Source: a virus
Taxonomy: Duplodnaviria; Caudoviricetes
Virus record (IMG/VR): IMGVR_UViG_3300047282_000491
Span: 1 to 38,830 of that record
Length of the DNA: 38,830 bases
Strand: one strand, 5' to 3'
Shown in pieces: positions 1 to 10,882 of this stretch (its first letter is position 1; each line of letters starts with the position of its first letter). The notes below the pieces were generated by a model. It was not told the origin of the DNA, ran no database searches, and saw only the letters and a list, made by a program, of their open reading frames with translations. The position numbers and the translations under genes are program-made.

Positions 1-1329
1 GCTCATTGTAAGTTACGTTATATTGTTTTGGTGTCCACACCGCTGTAAATGTCAAGCTGCCATTTATGGTCCAGGAACTTCCAGCGTTAACATTATAAAG
101 CATATCTCCAGTAGCTGGGTTACGCCAGTAAACAAAGTCGTAATCATCTCTAGTTGGAGTTGGTGCAGTTATAGTCGCTCCCCATACCCCTGATGATGAT
201 GATGGAGACACGCTTCCGCCATTAGCATTCCAAGTAACAGTATAAGTTATTTGATCCCACTGAGCGTAAATAGTTACGCTGGAGTTTACGGTATAGTTTG
301 TTCCTGGGTTTCCAAGAAAAGTACCGCCAGTTGCTGCTGTGTACCAGCCATTTAGGTTATACCCAGTTCTTGAGGTATTTGGTAACTGCACTACAGACCC
401 AGCATTAACGGTAATGTCGTTAACTAGTGTTCCGCCCTGCTCATTGTAAGTTACGTTATATTGTTTTGGTGTCCACACCGCTGTAAATGTCAAGCTGCCA
501 TTTATGGTCCAGGAACTTCCAGCGTTAACATTATAAAGCATATCTCCAGTAGCTGGGTTACGCCAATAAACAAAGTCGTAATCAGTTCTAGTTGGAGTTG
601 GTGCAGTTATAGTCGCTCCCCATACCCCTGATGATGATGATGGAGACACGCTTCCGCCATTAGCATTCCAAGTAACAGTATAAGTTATTTGATCCCACTG
701 AGCGTAAATAGTTACGCTGGAGTTTACGGTATAGTTTGTTCCTGGGTTTCCAAGAAAAGTACCGCCAGTTGCTGCTGTGTACCAGCCATTTAGGTTATAC
801 CCAGTTCTTGAGGTATTTGGTAACTGCACTACAGACCCAGCATTAACGGTAATGTCGTTAACTAGTGTTCCGCCCTGCTCATTGTAAGTTACGTTATATT
901 GTTTTGGTGTCCACACCGCTGTAAATGTCAAGCTGCCATTTATGGTCCAGGAACTTCCAGCGTTAACATTATAAAGCATATCTCCAGTAGCTGGGTTACG
1001 CCAGTAAACAAAGTCGTAATCATCTCTAGTTGGAGTTGGTGCAGTTATAGTCGCTCCCCATACCCCTGATGATGATGATGGAGACACGCTTCCGCCATTA
1101 GCATTCCAAGTAACAGTATAAGTTATTTGATCCCACTGAGCGTAAATAATAGCATCTTCATTGACTGTATAATTTGTTCCTGGGTTTCCAAGGAAAGTAC
1201 CGCCAGTTGCTTCTGTGTACCAACCATTTAAATTATATCCAGTTCTTGAGGTATTTGGTAACTGTACTACAGACCCAGCAGTAACGGTAATGTCGTTAAC
1301 TAGTGTTCCACCCTGCTCATTGTAAGTTA
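1..1329. repeat. Three near-identical 438-bp (146-aa) tandem units, each encoding two InlB-B-type domains
   Basis: gctcattgtaagtta recurs at 1, 439, 877 and 1315. Units 1 and 2 differ at only a few bases; unit 3 diverges around 1141-1310. Confidence 0.95.
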
Positions 1330-2593
1330 TGGTATATTCTAATTCTGTAATTGGACCTACAGTATTTGTTGTGTATGCTGGATTGCTATCTACTCCATTA
1401 TTAGCTATAACTGATCCACTTACTGAAGATGAAGTAAGATTTAAAAATGTATGATCGTAATATGTTTCAGATGTATATTCTGTTGCAGATGGATATATTG
1501 ATAATACTGAACCTGCTGCATTATTTAATTCTATTTGGTATCTATACTGAGTTGGCTCATTAGTCCATGTTCCACTTGATAATCTATAAACAGAATTTCT
1601 TTTATTAGCAATTCCTGATTGTAATTCGAATGTTGGGTTTGTTATAATTTCTGGCTTATCAATTATAGTATTTAAAGATAAATATCCGTAAGATATTGTT
1701 GGCTCTGATTCATTTGCATATCCATCTTGACCAATAACTTCTAGCTCTATAAAATATGTATTATTTGGTTCTAGCAACGGATTGCTTAGTGTATATGTTG
1801 TTGTTCCAACTGGAACTGTTTGAGAAAGTATAAGAGTTTCTCCAGATTCATCATAAACATTTAAGCGCTGAGAAAAAATATCTAGCAAATCATTTACAGT
1901 ATTACCAGTAGAAAGCGCTTCATATGACCAACTGAAGGTTGCACCGTCAGACGCTTCATCGTACAGAAAAAAATCAAATACGTAAAAATCAATTCTAGGC
2001 ATAATTGCTTGAGTATCATGATAATTTGTAATTCCTGTCGGAGTAGTAGCATCAATTTTTGCTTTAAATTCATACCCAGCTCTAGTTTTTGTTTTACTTA
2101 TAACTGGACGAGATGAGTCATTAGAGTTTGAAGGAAATCTATCTGATGCGTCTTCATCAAGATATTCAGTGTATGCTTTACTTGTATCATAAATTGTTGT
2201 CCAAGATCCGCCTGGAGCCTTTTCTTGAATTCTTATTCTAAACTCTAATGGTTCTTCTGTCCAAGCTCCTCTTGTTGCAAACATCTTTGATCCATTTATT
2301 GGTGCATCAATTGTTAAAAATGTATCTGGCCAAATAAAATACAATTCTGGATATGGATATGTTGATGTTGGTAATCCTGTGGAACCAAATATTCTTGTCC
2401 AAATTCCGCCACCCTCGTGCCTCCAGGCACTTTTTATCCTTAGCCAACCATCAATTACCCAAGGATTTGTACTTACTGCAGAATTTGCTGCATCACTTGA
2501 GCTTGCTTTTCTCCAAATACTTTGAATTTTTATCCAACCATTAACGTTGTGTGCTCCAGTATCTGTAGAGCTTGCCTTTCTCCACCAACTCAT
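2..2593 (-). CDS. Tail fibre/adhesin-like virion protein with Ig-like domains and tandem InlB B-repeat (Listeria-Bacteroides repeat) domains; runs off the left edge (3' partial)
   Basis: Absent from the ORF track because there is no stop in the window. ATG at 2593 overlaps the TAA of the upstream gene. Hand translation begins MSWWRKASSTDTGAHNVNGWIKIQSIWRK. The repeat part reads YTVTWNANGG..PTPTRDDYDFVYW..FTAVW and YNVTYNEQGG..LPNTSRTGYNLNGWYT..IYAQW, typical of InlB B-repeats. Confidence 0.85.
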   Translation of the reverse strand, partial: MSWWRKASSTDTGAHNVNGWIKIQSIWRKASSSDAANSAVSTNPWVIDGWLRIKSAWRHEGGGIWTRIFGSTGLPTSTYPYPELYFIWPDTFLTIDAPINGSKMFATRGAWTEEPLEFRIRIQEKAPGGSWTTIYDTSKAYTEYLDEDASDRFPSNSNDSSRPVISKTKTRAGYEFKAKIDATTPTGITNYHDTQAIMPRIDFYVFDFFLYDEASDGATFSWSYEALSTGNTVNDLLDIFSQRLNVYDESGETLILSQTVPVGTTTYTLSNPLLEPNNTYFIELEVIGQDGYANESEPTISYGYLSLNTIIDKPEIITNPTFELQSGIANKRNSVYRLSSGTWTNEPTQYRYQIELNNAAGSVLSIYPSATEYTSETYYDHTFLNLTSSSVSGSVIANNGVDSNPAYTTNTVGPITELEYTITYNEQGGTLVNDITVTAGSVVQLPNTSRTGYNLNGWYTEATGGTFLGNPGTNYTVNEDAIIYAQWDQITYTVTWNANGGSVSPSSSSGVWGATITAPTPTRDDYDFVYWRNPATGDMLYNVNAGSSWTINGSLTFTAVWTPKQYNVTYNEQGGTLVNDITVNAGSVVQLPNTSRTGYNLNGWYTAATGGTFLGNPGTNYTVNSSVTIYAQWDQITYTVTWNANGGSVSPSSSSGVWGATITAPTPTRTDYDFVYWRNPATGDMLYNVNAGSSWTINGSLTFTAVWTPKQYNVTYNEQGGTLVNDITVNAGSVVQLPNTSRTGYNLNGWYTAATGGTFLGNPGTNYTVNSSVTIYAQWDQITYTVTWNANGGSVSPSSSSGVWGATITAPTPTRDDYDFVYWRNPATGDMLYNVNAGSSWTINGSLTFTAVWTPKQYNVTYNE

Positions 2594-5500
2594 TATGCTT
2601 TCCTACTTAATATTATGTCTCCAACATCAAATGCGCCAGATCCCTGATCTCCGCCTGCAAATTCACTTCTATTAGTTCTTCCATCTGGATACTGATTGCC
2701 AGCATAAAAAAATGCACGTCCTAATGTAAGTTCGCCAGTATCTGCATCCTGTACTAATGTTTTATCTCCTGCAGTTCCGTCTCCATTTGCAACAGCATTT
2801 AAATAAATTTTAAACTTACTAATTGACAATCTAGATGGGTTTAAAGTTAATTGGCCACTAGAAGAATCATAGCTAAGCATACCATTTGCAAGTCTAAAAC
2901 TTCCAGCATCTTTTTCGGTATTTCCTATTGTTGTATCTTTTCCTAATATATAATCGCTTGAAAAGCTAGATGCGGAGCCTAAAAATATATTAGAAGCAAT
3001 TAAATCTGTTTGAACATTAAACGAATTTCCATCATATGTAAGTTTACCTCCAGCTAATCTAAAATTACCAGTAGAGGAAATATAATCTACATTACCAGGA
3101 TTTCCGCTTCCGCTATCAGAATAAATAGTGTACCAAGTATCTGGATCCATAAAAAATACATTTGACCCAACGATATTTCCTCCAGCTATTGTACCTTGCA
3201 AACCGTCCAGTTTTACTTTAACATCGGAAAATGCGCTTGAAAATGATTGAAGGAATTTTCCATTAATTTTCCAACCATCTGTTATTGTTTTAGTTGTTGT
3301 GTCATACGTTCCAAAATATCCTTCTCTTGCTTCAATAGAACCTTTTATTGTTGCTTCATTGGCAGTCAATGCTCCAGAATATGTTACTGAAAAATTAGGA
3401 CCTGGACTTCCAAGCCTGGACGTTCCTGCCCAAATCATTATGTCGTTTGCCTCTGGGTTATTTGGGGCATATAGTCCAACATTGCCTGATTTGTTTATTG
3501 AATTGTTGTCTATAGTCCAACCAGCAATCGTTCCTTTATTTGCAATAATTCCATTTACTGGATCTAATTGAACATATTTTTGATTTGAGCCTGTTATTTG
3601 AATTCCTGAAAATCCAATTGCGGGGTTCTTAATATCACCGCTTGTATATTTACCTATTTCTACCTTAGAACCTTCTCCTGTACTAATTAACATTTGGCCG
3701 TTATATGCTACGCCATTTATTGTTCCGCCTATTTCAACATTTCCAATAATTCCAGAAGCAGCTTTTATCTCTCCAGATAAATCTACTTCTTTTGCAATTA
3801 TTTTTCCTTCAGTATCAATTGTAACATTGCTACCAATTTCTAATTCCCCGCCAAGAATTTTTATATTACGAGCTATTACGTTACCAGAATGTGTAACGGA
3901 AAACTTAGCATCATTATTTATGTCCTCAGAATATCCACCAGCAGCACCCGCACCAGCCCAGAAGGCATACGTTCCATTTGGAGAAAGTCCAGTATAAGTT
4001 TTTGTTGATGATGTTAAAACATTTTCAAATTTATTTTCTGATATTATCCAATTAGCAATTTTAGCTTTTTTAGTAATAAATGTAGCTGGAGCAAGTGAAT
4101 TTTGACTATCCCATTTTCCAATAATTTGTGTTGTTGGACCTATTCCATTTTCATCATTATCATCATACAAAAATAATCCTCTTTTGTTTATAACCATTCT
4201 TGCTTGAGCTAATACTGGTTCGTCATTTGCATCCAAGGTTCCAGCAAATATAGAGCCATCTGTTTTTATTTTAACTGGATTTTCAATCAATGATAGTGCT
4301 CCGACATCTAGGATTTGAACTTCTTGTGGAGCAGACATGTTTGCATCTCCATCTTCACATGTCCATTTAGCTTTTACCCAAACAGAATTTCCAGCATTAT
4401 CCTCGTCATAAATAATAACTGGACTAGATATTGATGAAGCAATTAACGTATACGTACCATTTTCTAAACTACTCTGATAAATATCAATGCCTGTAGCTTT
4501 TGAATGTAAATTAGAAGAAACAATATATCCGTTTGCAGTAGAAGAAACATTTATTGTTGTTAATATTCCATTTAATGGGTTTGGCCTTATGGCAGTTGCA
4601 AGATTAGCAATATTTACTTGGGTAGTATTTTCATTTCTATATATATCTAAATCTGTTACGTATCCTGAAGTAAATGAAGTTGGATTTGCACCAAAGCCAT
4701 CTATTATTTCATTTCTTGTTATTTTTACAGAAGTAAGTGCATTTGCTATTGTAGAATTGACTGTCTTTTCAAAATATTCTGTTTCTGCATTATAGGTTAA
4801 ATGTACCTTAACATAAGAAGGAAGTTTTTTAGAATCTGCTGGCATTGTAAACGAAACAATTAAATCTCTGTTTACATCCCAAGCAGCAGATGGATTTATG
4901 ACTGGGTCTGGTGGAGTATTATCAAATTCTATAGTATCAAATGCTTTTCCTGTTTTAACGGAAGAATCTAAAGACAGACAATTACTATCTGATAAATGAT
5001 TTAGTTTTACATAAACATCAGCAAATGTATCTAAGGTTATAGATGCTGGCCCAAATCCAGTGTATCTAAGTACCCAATTATATGGACTATTTGTTTCAGA
5101 AACATAAACTCTTGTTTCTCTGTATGTAGCCGCTTTTGTCAAATCGTCATTCCATGAAACTAAAATTCCATTATCTATAGATGTTACAGACCATTTGTTG
5201 TCAGCAATTGAGCCCGTACAAACTGGATCAACATATGTTGGAATAGTAAATAAACAATCATCTGAAGATCCGTCTCCATATATACTTGTTATTTTCCCAA
5301 CAATTGTTCCTTGAAATGTTCCTCCAAAGTTTGCCATGTTATTTTGTTGAGATAGGGTATAAGAATAATTGTTGACATCAAATTTTACTGCAATAGGAAC
5401 AAATACGTCTAGCCCATTAGCAGTTAAAGTAAGTTGAAATAATTTTATTCTGTTATCTCTGGTTACTCCATCTGTTAAAAATGGTTTTTCCCAAATAACT

Positions 5501-5742
5501 TTTAAATCTGCCGTATTCTGATCCCATGTAGCCTCGACATTTATTGGACATGTCCTTACTGGAGCTGGGGTTGTAAATTCAAAAAAGTCAGAATAAGGGC
5601 TATTGCCTTTAGCTTTATCAGAATAAACCCATGCAAATTGAACTGCATAATCTGTATTTGCATCAAGATCTGGAACTACAATATCCCAATAATCCCCATC
5701 TTGTTTTTGTGTAATACCTAAATCTGCATATGGCTCTGCCAT
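2593..5742 (-). CDS. Minor tail protein / tail spike (N-terminal FN3/Ig-like domains, C-terminal beta-rich repeats)
   Basis: The 1053-aa track ORF starts at TTG 5754, but ATG 5742 follows GGAG and is the likelier start. It has recurrent IA(N/G)W(I/T)I and FSVT(H/Y)SG motifs and lies in the tail-tip module. Confidence 0.7.
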   Translation of the reverse strand: MAEPYADLGITQKQDGDYWDIVVPDLDANTDYAVQFAWVYSDKAKGNSPYSDFFEFTTPAPVRTCPINVEATWDQNTADLKVIWEKPFLTDGVTRDNRIKLFQLTLTANGLDVFVPIAVKFDVNNYSYTLSQQNNMANFGGTFQGTIVGKITSIYGDGSSDDCLFTIPTYVDPVCTGSIADNKWSVTSIDNGILVSWNDDLTKAATYRETRVYVSETNSPYNWVLRYTGFGPASITLDTFADVYVKLNHLSDSNCLSLDSSVKTGKAFDTIEFDNTPPDPVINPSAAWDVNRDLIVSFTMPADSKKLPSYVKVHLTYNAETEYFEKTVNSTIANALTSVKITRNEIIDGFGANPTSFTSGYVTDLDIYRNENTTQVNIANLATAIRPNPLNGILTTINVSSTANGYIVSSNLHSKATGIDIYQSSLENGTYTLIASSISSPVIIYDEDNAGNSVWVKAKWTCEDGDANMSAPQEVQILDVGALSLIENPVKIKTDGSIFAGTLDANDEPVLAQARMVINKRGLFLYDDNDENGIGPTTQIIGKWDSQNSLAPATFITKKAKIANWIISENKFENVLTSSTKTYTGLSPNGTYAFWAGAGAAGGYSEDINNDAKFSVTHSGNVIARNIKILGGELEIGSNVTIDTEGKIIAKEVDLSGEIKAASGIIGNVEIGGTINGVAYNGQMLISTGEGSKVEIGKYTSGDIKNPAIGFSGIQITGSNQKYVQLDPVNGIIANKGTIAGWTIDNNSINKSGNVGLYAPNNPEANDIMIWAGTSRLGSPGPNFSVTYSGALTANEATIKGSIEAREGYFGTYDTTTKTITDGWKINGKFLQSFSSAFSDVKVKLDGLQGTIAGGNIVGSNVFFMDPDTWYTIYSDSGSGNPGNVDYISSTGNFRLAGGKLTYDGNSFNVQTDLIASNIFLGSASSFSSDYILGKDTTIGNTEKDAGSFRLANGMLSYDSSSGQLTLNPSRLSISKFKIYLNAVANGDGTAGDKTLVQDADTGELTLGRAFFYAGNQYPDGRTNRSEFAGGDQGSGAFDVGDIILSRKA

Positions 5743-5743
5743 G

Positions 5744-6604
5744 TTAATCTCCAAATGCTACATCTAGCTTAAACTCTATAAACATTTCTCTTCCGAAAAC
5801 TTTTTCAATTTCGGAATTAAGAATAGACCTAGCTATTAACCCATAAGAAGGATCAAATGTATCTTCGTCGTTTATTCTTAATCCATCTAATGACACTGAG
5901 GCTTGACCTGAAGTTGGCACTATAACTACTCCAAGTGTATTTATATTTGCCCTATCGGGGTTTCCTACAGATTCCATGTTTGATAAATCTATACTTTCAA
6001 TATGATTTCCTTGCGATACTTCATCAAAAGTAAATTGAAAATAATCATCTATAGAGCTATAAAATCTGATTTTTACAGAAGAAAGATTTGAATTGTTTAC
6101 TCTGTACGATAAAGATAAGCTATCCCAATTGCTGTACCCAACTAAATCAAATCCACTTATTGTTGATTTATATTCTTTTGGACTTGTGCCGCTTGAAGTA
6201 AAAATTAAAGAACTATCCCCTACCCTATAGTTTGTTTGATCTATATCTGGAGTATCTTCCCAATCTAATGGCAATTCAAAATCTGATATAAACTTGCTGT
6301 CATAATTATTTTTAGAAGTTCTATTGCTTGGGTATATTCCTAATTCATTTATTTTACCAGACATGTTTGTTGGTAGTGTAGTAGAGAATATTGCAGTATA
6401 CTTTGTTGGGGATACTGAAGTGTCTATGTCGATACCACCAAATTTAATTGGAAGCCTGTAAAATTCAAAACCCAATCTACTGTTTGAAACAGATAATGGA
6501 TATTCTGAATTGTTTGCTATTCCAATAGCTAGGTCTTTATTTATAAAAGATACATTACCAGCAATAAAATCAGTTAAAAATCTTTTGCCAAATTTTGTTA
6601 TCAT
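5744..6604 (-). CDS. Tail tip/baseplate structural protein, possibly with an inserted carbohydrate-binding-like domain
   Basis: 286-aa ORF. It has an MITKFGK..AIG N-terminus and an INELGIY motif seen in phage baseplate/fibre-anchor proteins. It is coupled to its neighbours. Confidence 0.55.
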   Translation of the reverse strand: MITKFGKRFLTDFIAGNVSFINKDLAIGIANNSEYPLSVSNSRLGFEFYRLPIKFGGIDIDTSVSPTKYTAIFSTTLPTNMSGKINELGIYPSNRTSKNNYDSKFISDFELPLDWEDTPDIDQTNYRVGDSSLIFTSSGTSPKEYKSTISGFDLVGYSNWDSLSLSYRVNNSNLSSVKIRFYSSIDDYFQFTFDEVSQGNHIESIDLSNMESVGNPDRANINTLGVVIVPTSGQASVSLDGLRINDEDTFDPSYGLIARSILNSEIEKVFGREMFIEFKLDVAFGD

Positions 6605-6960
6605 GACCTACCTCCTTGTGTATCTGACAAAGTTAATGCTACATCAAATTTATCTATAGACTCTCCGCTAGAATTATAAACTCTAAACTTAGCCTTATAT
6701 CTAGTAAGTCCAGAAACATCTTCGTAAGGTTCAAATCCAATTAAAGTTATATCTGTTAATGATGGTCTTTTGCCTTTAGGATCATCATCCCCGCCATCGC
6801 CTGGATTTCCTCCTCCGCCACTAGAACCTCTGCCAGCACCAGTAAAAGCCCCAGACCTTACAAATCCAGCCCCTAAAGGTTTAACTTTCCAGGGATCTGC
6901 TAGTTCGACCTCATCGGTTACGATTGGTCTTTTACCTGGAATTAAAGGATCTGTTGTCAT
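6601..6960 (-). CDS. Hypothetical virion protein with a Gly-rich linker
   Basis: The track ORF starts at 6987. ATG 6960 (MTTDPL) lies 6 nt after TGGTATAAT and is the likelier start. Confidence 0.6.
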   Translation of the reverse strand: MTTDPLIPGKRPIVTDEVELADPWKVKPLGAGFVRSGAFTGAGRGSSGGGGNPGDGGDDDPKGKRPSLTDITLIGFEPYEDVSGLTRYKAKFRVYNSSGESIDKFDVALTLSDTQGGRS

Positions 6961-6983
6961 ATTTTTATTATACCATTTAGAAA

Positions 6984-9900
6984 TCAAATTGCTCTACAGC
7001 TAATTGATGTACTGAAACCTTCCTGATATGAGTGATTTACATTAGTAATTATGTATTTGCCGTTATTTTTAGTCATTGACTGTAGGGGATAATTGATTGT
7101 TATAATGTCCCCAGGGGAAAGTAATGGGTTTCCAAAAATTTCCATTGTGATAAATCTTCCTTTATTTAAGGTAGTAGACTTAACCCAATCAGCTAACTTT
7201 TTAGCATCCGATTCAAATTGTATCCAGTTAGATTGAAAAATAATTGGCTCTTTATTATCAGATTCTGAAACATTTGAAATATCATAAGTATAATATTCTA
7301 ACGGGCTAGATTTTTGTATAGAATCTCCTAATACATAAAAACTAGAGTAATTAGAATCGTCTAGCGGAATAAATGTAGATGTATTGTTTAATACATAAGC
7401 TTCTGCCGTAAATGGCTGAACTCTATAATCTAACATAGTTGCATATCTATTATTTGCAGTAGAAAACCTGATTGGTTTTCCTGGCCTATCATTATATCTA
7501 ACTTTTGCCTTTTTTATTTCTCTTGCAACTGTTCCGAATTCAAATAAAGCTCCGTCAGACGATTTAGCAGTTTGACCTAAATTATATATTAAATTGCCAT
7601 AAAGTAAAGACATTGTATCGTCTGCATATACTCCGTTATATATATAAGACATTTTACCCACTAAATCTTTATATTCTTTTTCTTCTATGTCTTTTGCATA
7701 TGCATATTCAAAATAGACTATGCCTTGTCCACATAGTAATCCTAAATTTTTAGTAGGTGCATTTGGGACAATTTCATCATTACCGCTTTCAAACGTAATA
7801 TCTTGTGCGGTTATTTTGTAGCCATTTATAAATACTGTAATAGTATTTTTGCCAGTTTCTTTTTTTAACAATATATCAACATTGTATGATTGTCCAGCAT
7901 ATATCCCAGCAAGTGTATTTAAATGATTTGTTTGGCTATCCTTTAATACCTTGACCTTGTAACTTGCACCAACTTTAAATCTTTTTACAATTATTACATC
8001 TTTTGCTAGCCCAGCGGCAACAGTAGATCTAATTATAACATGATAAGACTCTGTACCATTTGCGTTAGAAAAAAAAGATATTCCACCTATCTGAGCGGGA
8101 CTTTCAAATTGACTATCAAAAAACATTTTTGTGCCAAAAGCAAAATATGACTTGCTTACATCTAAAGAATCAAAAGATTTTACAGCTATGTCAAATGTAG
8201 TTTTATTTTGATCTAGGTTACTCAGGCTTAAGAAAGACTTTTGTATAGAAGATGATGTTCTGTTTGCTGGTGGTTTATATGTTCCAGTTCCTGGTTTCTC
8301 GCTTAAATCAGCTGCAGTAGCAATATCAACTGTATATCTATTAAATTTATTAGCGTCATTTTCTCCTGATCCATTTATAAAAGATACAGGACTTGCTTCA
8401 TGGGTTGACTTTTTTGTATTTAAAGCCTCTCTTTGTTTAATTTTATATCTGCCAGTAGGCTTGAAGTGTGCTGAATTAGAATCGTATATACTTGAATATC
8501 CTGCTTTTGATAAAGATCTATACTTATATATATCTGATTGTGATTTAATGTCTACTGGCACTGGAGCTCCGCCTTCTAATGGGGTATACTGATACTCTAC
8601 TCCGTCGTATTCAATAATTTCATTATTTAATAAAACATAGCCATTAAAGTTATACAAGCATTGTTGATTTTGTGCAGTATCTATTGTAGTGTTATTTAAC
8701 TTAAAATAAGTTGTATCATTCTCATCTAGTTTTTCTGCCAAAGTGCCCGCACCTAAGTAAGTTTCTTCTGACTGCCACAAAGGAGAAGACCCGCCATCAT
8801 ATTGTGACGTAAATGGAACTTGATATAAAATTTTAACTTCATTTGCTGATGCAATTTCTGTAGCAGATAAATTTACAATATTTGGCAATAAAGTTTTACT
8901 GCCTTCCACAACGCTCTCGCTTGTCAAATCCCAAACCGAATCTCTGGTGCCATATATGTAGTCTCTACTATAAAAATTTAAAACATTATTTTCATCCACA
9001 AAAGCATTCATTTGAATATCTCTACATAATTCTTGCAAACATTCCCATACAGTTTTTTCTTGATCAGACCACCAATATCTTACTGAAGTAATAGACTCAT
9101 CTATTACTCTGCCATCCTCGTCTTTTTTAACATTTATTAAATAATTAGAAAACCCTACTGAATCTAGTAGCCTTTTAATTACTGAAGTTACAGGTGCATC
9201 TTCTACTAAAATTTCTGGTGCAAGAGTTTCTTGTAAAATTTTAGACGAATCTAATGCAACTATCTGTGCGGAACCAAATTCTTCTAGCTCCCATGAGTGT
9301 ACGTAAAATGTACCTTGATATATTTTGTTGCTAACAGATCCATTCTTAATATTTACATAAGGATATATCATTGCATTTTTATATAAATATATCTTAGTGT
9401 TATCTATTTCTGTATTACGATTATACTGCAGTATGTTTTTAACATTTTGCTGATATTTATTAATTTTAATTTGTAAAGTATTTGCAGTCAAATTTCCTAC
9501 TGGTAAAAGTGAACTTTCTGAATCACTTGTCTCTTTATTGATTTGAAAATTTTCAATATCATTATCTAATTCAATTATCCATCTAGGACTTAATTCAAGA
9601 ACTCCTAAAAATTTACCAGTGTTTGAATTAACTGCAGAAAGAGATATCTTTTTAAATGACTGTGTTGTTGTATATGAAGAGGGTTCTGTTACAGACCATG
9701 TTGTTCCGTTATAATATATAACTGCTTCTCCATTATCATTTAAACTTGATCCAGTAACTGTTACTGTGGTATCGTCAGTTTTTGTTACTGTAATTGTCCA
9801 TGAGGATGGGGTATCGTGTGAAGTTTCAAATCTAGCTATAATTTTATTAGACGGAATAAGTTTAGATGTAGTTTTTGCCTCATCACTAAAATATTCTATA

Positions 9901-10292
9901 TCTATATTGATATCTTCATTTTTGGGGCCAACCCAATATTTATAATATGTTTCAGATCCTGGATAATATAATCTTGGTTTTGTTGACATATCAATTGACC
10001 TTGGTTTATCAAAAGAATTTGGCGGAGTATCTGTTTGTACACCAGGAGAGATTTCACTTGTGTATATATAATATTTAATACCTGGCATTAATGGTCTAAA
10101 TGGTTTGTATATTGTATCTATTGGAAATAATTTTTTAAATGCGCCAGATAAAGCGTGATCTGTTCCTGAAGATGTCGCTTTAATATATTCAATCATTGTA
10201 TTTAAATTATATTCAATACGTGCACCCGCTGAAGTTGATATCGTATTATTATATTTTAGTATATCTTTAACTGTACTGCTAGCAGAAATCAT
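6984..10292 (-). CDS. Large minor tail protein (tail tip/hub, host-specificity type)
   Basis: 1102 aa, second gene after the tape measure. C-terminal GNPLLSPGDIITI..YIITNVNHSY and central LQELCRDIQMNAFVDENNVLNF are typical of tail hub proteins. Confidence 0.75.
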   Translation of the reverse strand: MISASSTVKDILKYNNTISTSAGARIEYNLNTMIEYIKATSSGTDHALSGAFKKLFPIDTIYKPFRPLMPGIKYYIYTSEISPGVQTDTPPNSFDKPRSIDMSTKPRLYYPGSETYYKYWVGPKNEDINIDIEYFSDEAKTTSKLIPSNKIIARFETSHDTPSSWTITVTKTDDTTVTVTGSSLNDNGEAVIYYNGTTWSVTEPSSYTTTQSFKKISLSAVNSNTGKFLGVLELSPRWIIELDNDIENFQINKETSDSESSLLPVGNLTANTLQIKINKYQQNVKNILQYNRNTEIDNTKIYLYKNAMIYPYVNIKNGSVSNKIYQGTFYVHSWELEEFGSAQIVALDSSKILQETLAPEILVEDAPVTSVIKRLLDSVGFSNYLINVKKDEDGRVIDESITSVRYWWSDQEKTVWECLQELCRDIQMNAFVDENNVLNFYSRDYIYGTRDSVWDLTSESVVEGSKTLLPNIVNLSATEIASANEVKILYQVPFTSQYDGGSSPLWQSEETYLGAGTLAEKLDENDTTYFKLNNTTIDTAQNQQCLYNFNGYVLLNNEIIEYDGVEYQYTPLEGGAPVPVDIKSQSDIYKYRSLSKAGYSSIYDSNSAHFKPTGRYKIKQREALNTKKSTHEASPVSFINGSGENDANKFNRYTVDIATAADLSEKPGTGTYKPPANRTSSSIQKSFLSLSNLDQNKTTFDIAVKSFDSLDVSKSYFAFGTKMFFDSQFESPAQIGGISFFSNANGTESYHVIIRSTVAAGLAKDVIIVKRFKVGASYKVKVLKDSQTNHLNTLAGIYAGQSYNVDILLKKETGKNTITVFINGYKITAQDITFESGNDEIVPNAPTKNLGLLCGQGIVYFEYAYAKDIEEKEYKDLVGKMSYIYNGVYADDTMSLLYGNLIYNLGQTAKSSDGALFEFGTVAREIKKAKVRYNDRPGKPIRFSTANNRYATMLDYRVQPFTAEAYVLNNTSTFIPLDDSNYSSFYVLGDSIQKSSPLEYYTYDISNVSESDNKEPIIFQSNWIQFESDAKKLADWVKSTTLNKGRFITMEIFGNPLLSPGDIITINYPLQSMTKNNGKYIITNVNHSYQEGFSTSISCRAI

Positions 10293-10882
10293 ACCTGCTC
10301 CAGGCTTAATTTAACATTCCAAAATGGCTGTATTCCTCTTTTAACAACGCTAAACTCGCAAGATGTAAATACTACAGTGTATGTATTAGCAGAGGATTCC
10401 CAAAAACTAGTATCTTCCATATTTGCTGGACTGTGTGAAGTATTTATTTTAATTCTAAATGCTCCCCTGCCAGCTTCGCTCTCGTAAAATGTTTTTATGT
10501 CTTCTGCTGCCCATCCTCCATCTACAGTCTCATTTCTGTAAGATGGTAACATTGTCCAAGACAGATCCCATTGCTGTTTATCTGCGACAACATATTTTCT
10601 TAAAAGACCATTGGCCATTCTTTGAGATTGTTCTACTCTTAATGTTCTATTGCTAAACTCTCCACGATTATGCTCTGTAACTCTTCTAAACTTTAATAAA
10701 TTTTTATTTCCTTCTGTTAAATTATTTCTTAGTGCTACTGCTTGTAAATAATTTTGCCCGCCAGCTGCGGTGGTAGAGGTAGCATTTGGATATGTAAAAC
10801 CTGTAGATCCAATAGTCATACATAGTGGATCAATTGCTTCAATATAAAGTATTGAACCTTTTGGTAAATTTGTATATGACAT
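10289..10882 (-). CDS. Distal tail (Dit-like) minor tail protein
   Basis: 197 aa directly after the tape measure, with an RMANGLLR motif and a C-terminal WNVKLSLEQV strand. The call is positional. Confidence 0.65.
   Translation of the reverse strand: MSYTNLPKGSILYIEAIDPLCMTIGSTGFTYPNATSTTAAGGQNYLQAVALRNNLTEGNKNLLKFRRVTEHNRGEFSNRTLRVEQSQRMANGLLRKYVVADKQQWDLSWTMLPSYRNETVDGGWAAEDIKTFYESEAGRGAFRIKINTSHSPANMEDTSFWESSANTYTVVFTSCEFSVVKRGIQPFWNVKLSLEQV

Noticed and set aside
1-1329. Diversity-generating retroelement TR/VR pair
   Set aside because: The copies are tandem and in frame, the few differences are not confined to adenines, and no reverse transcriptase is present in the window.
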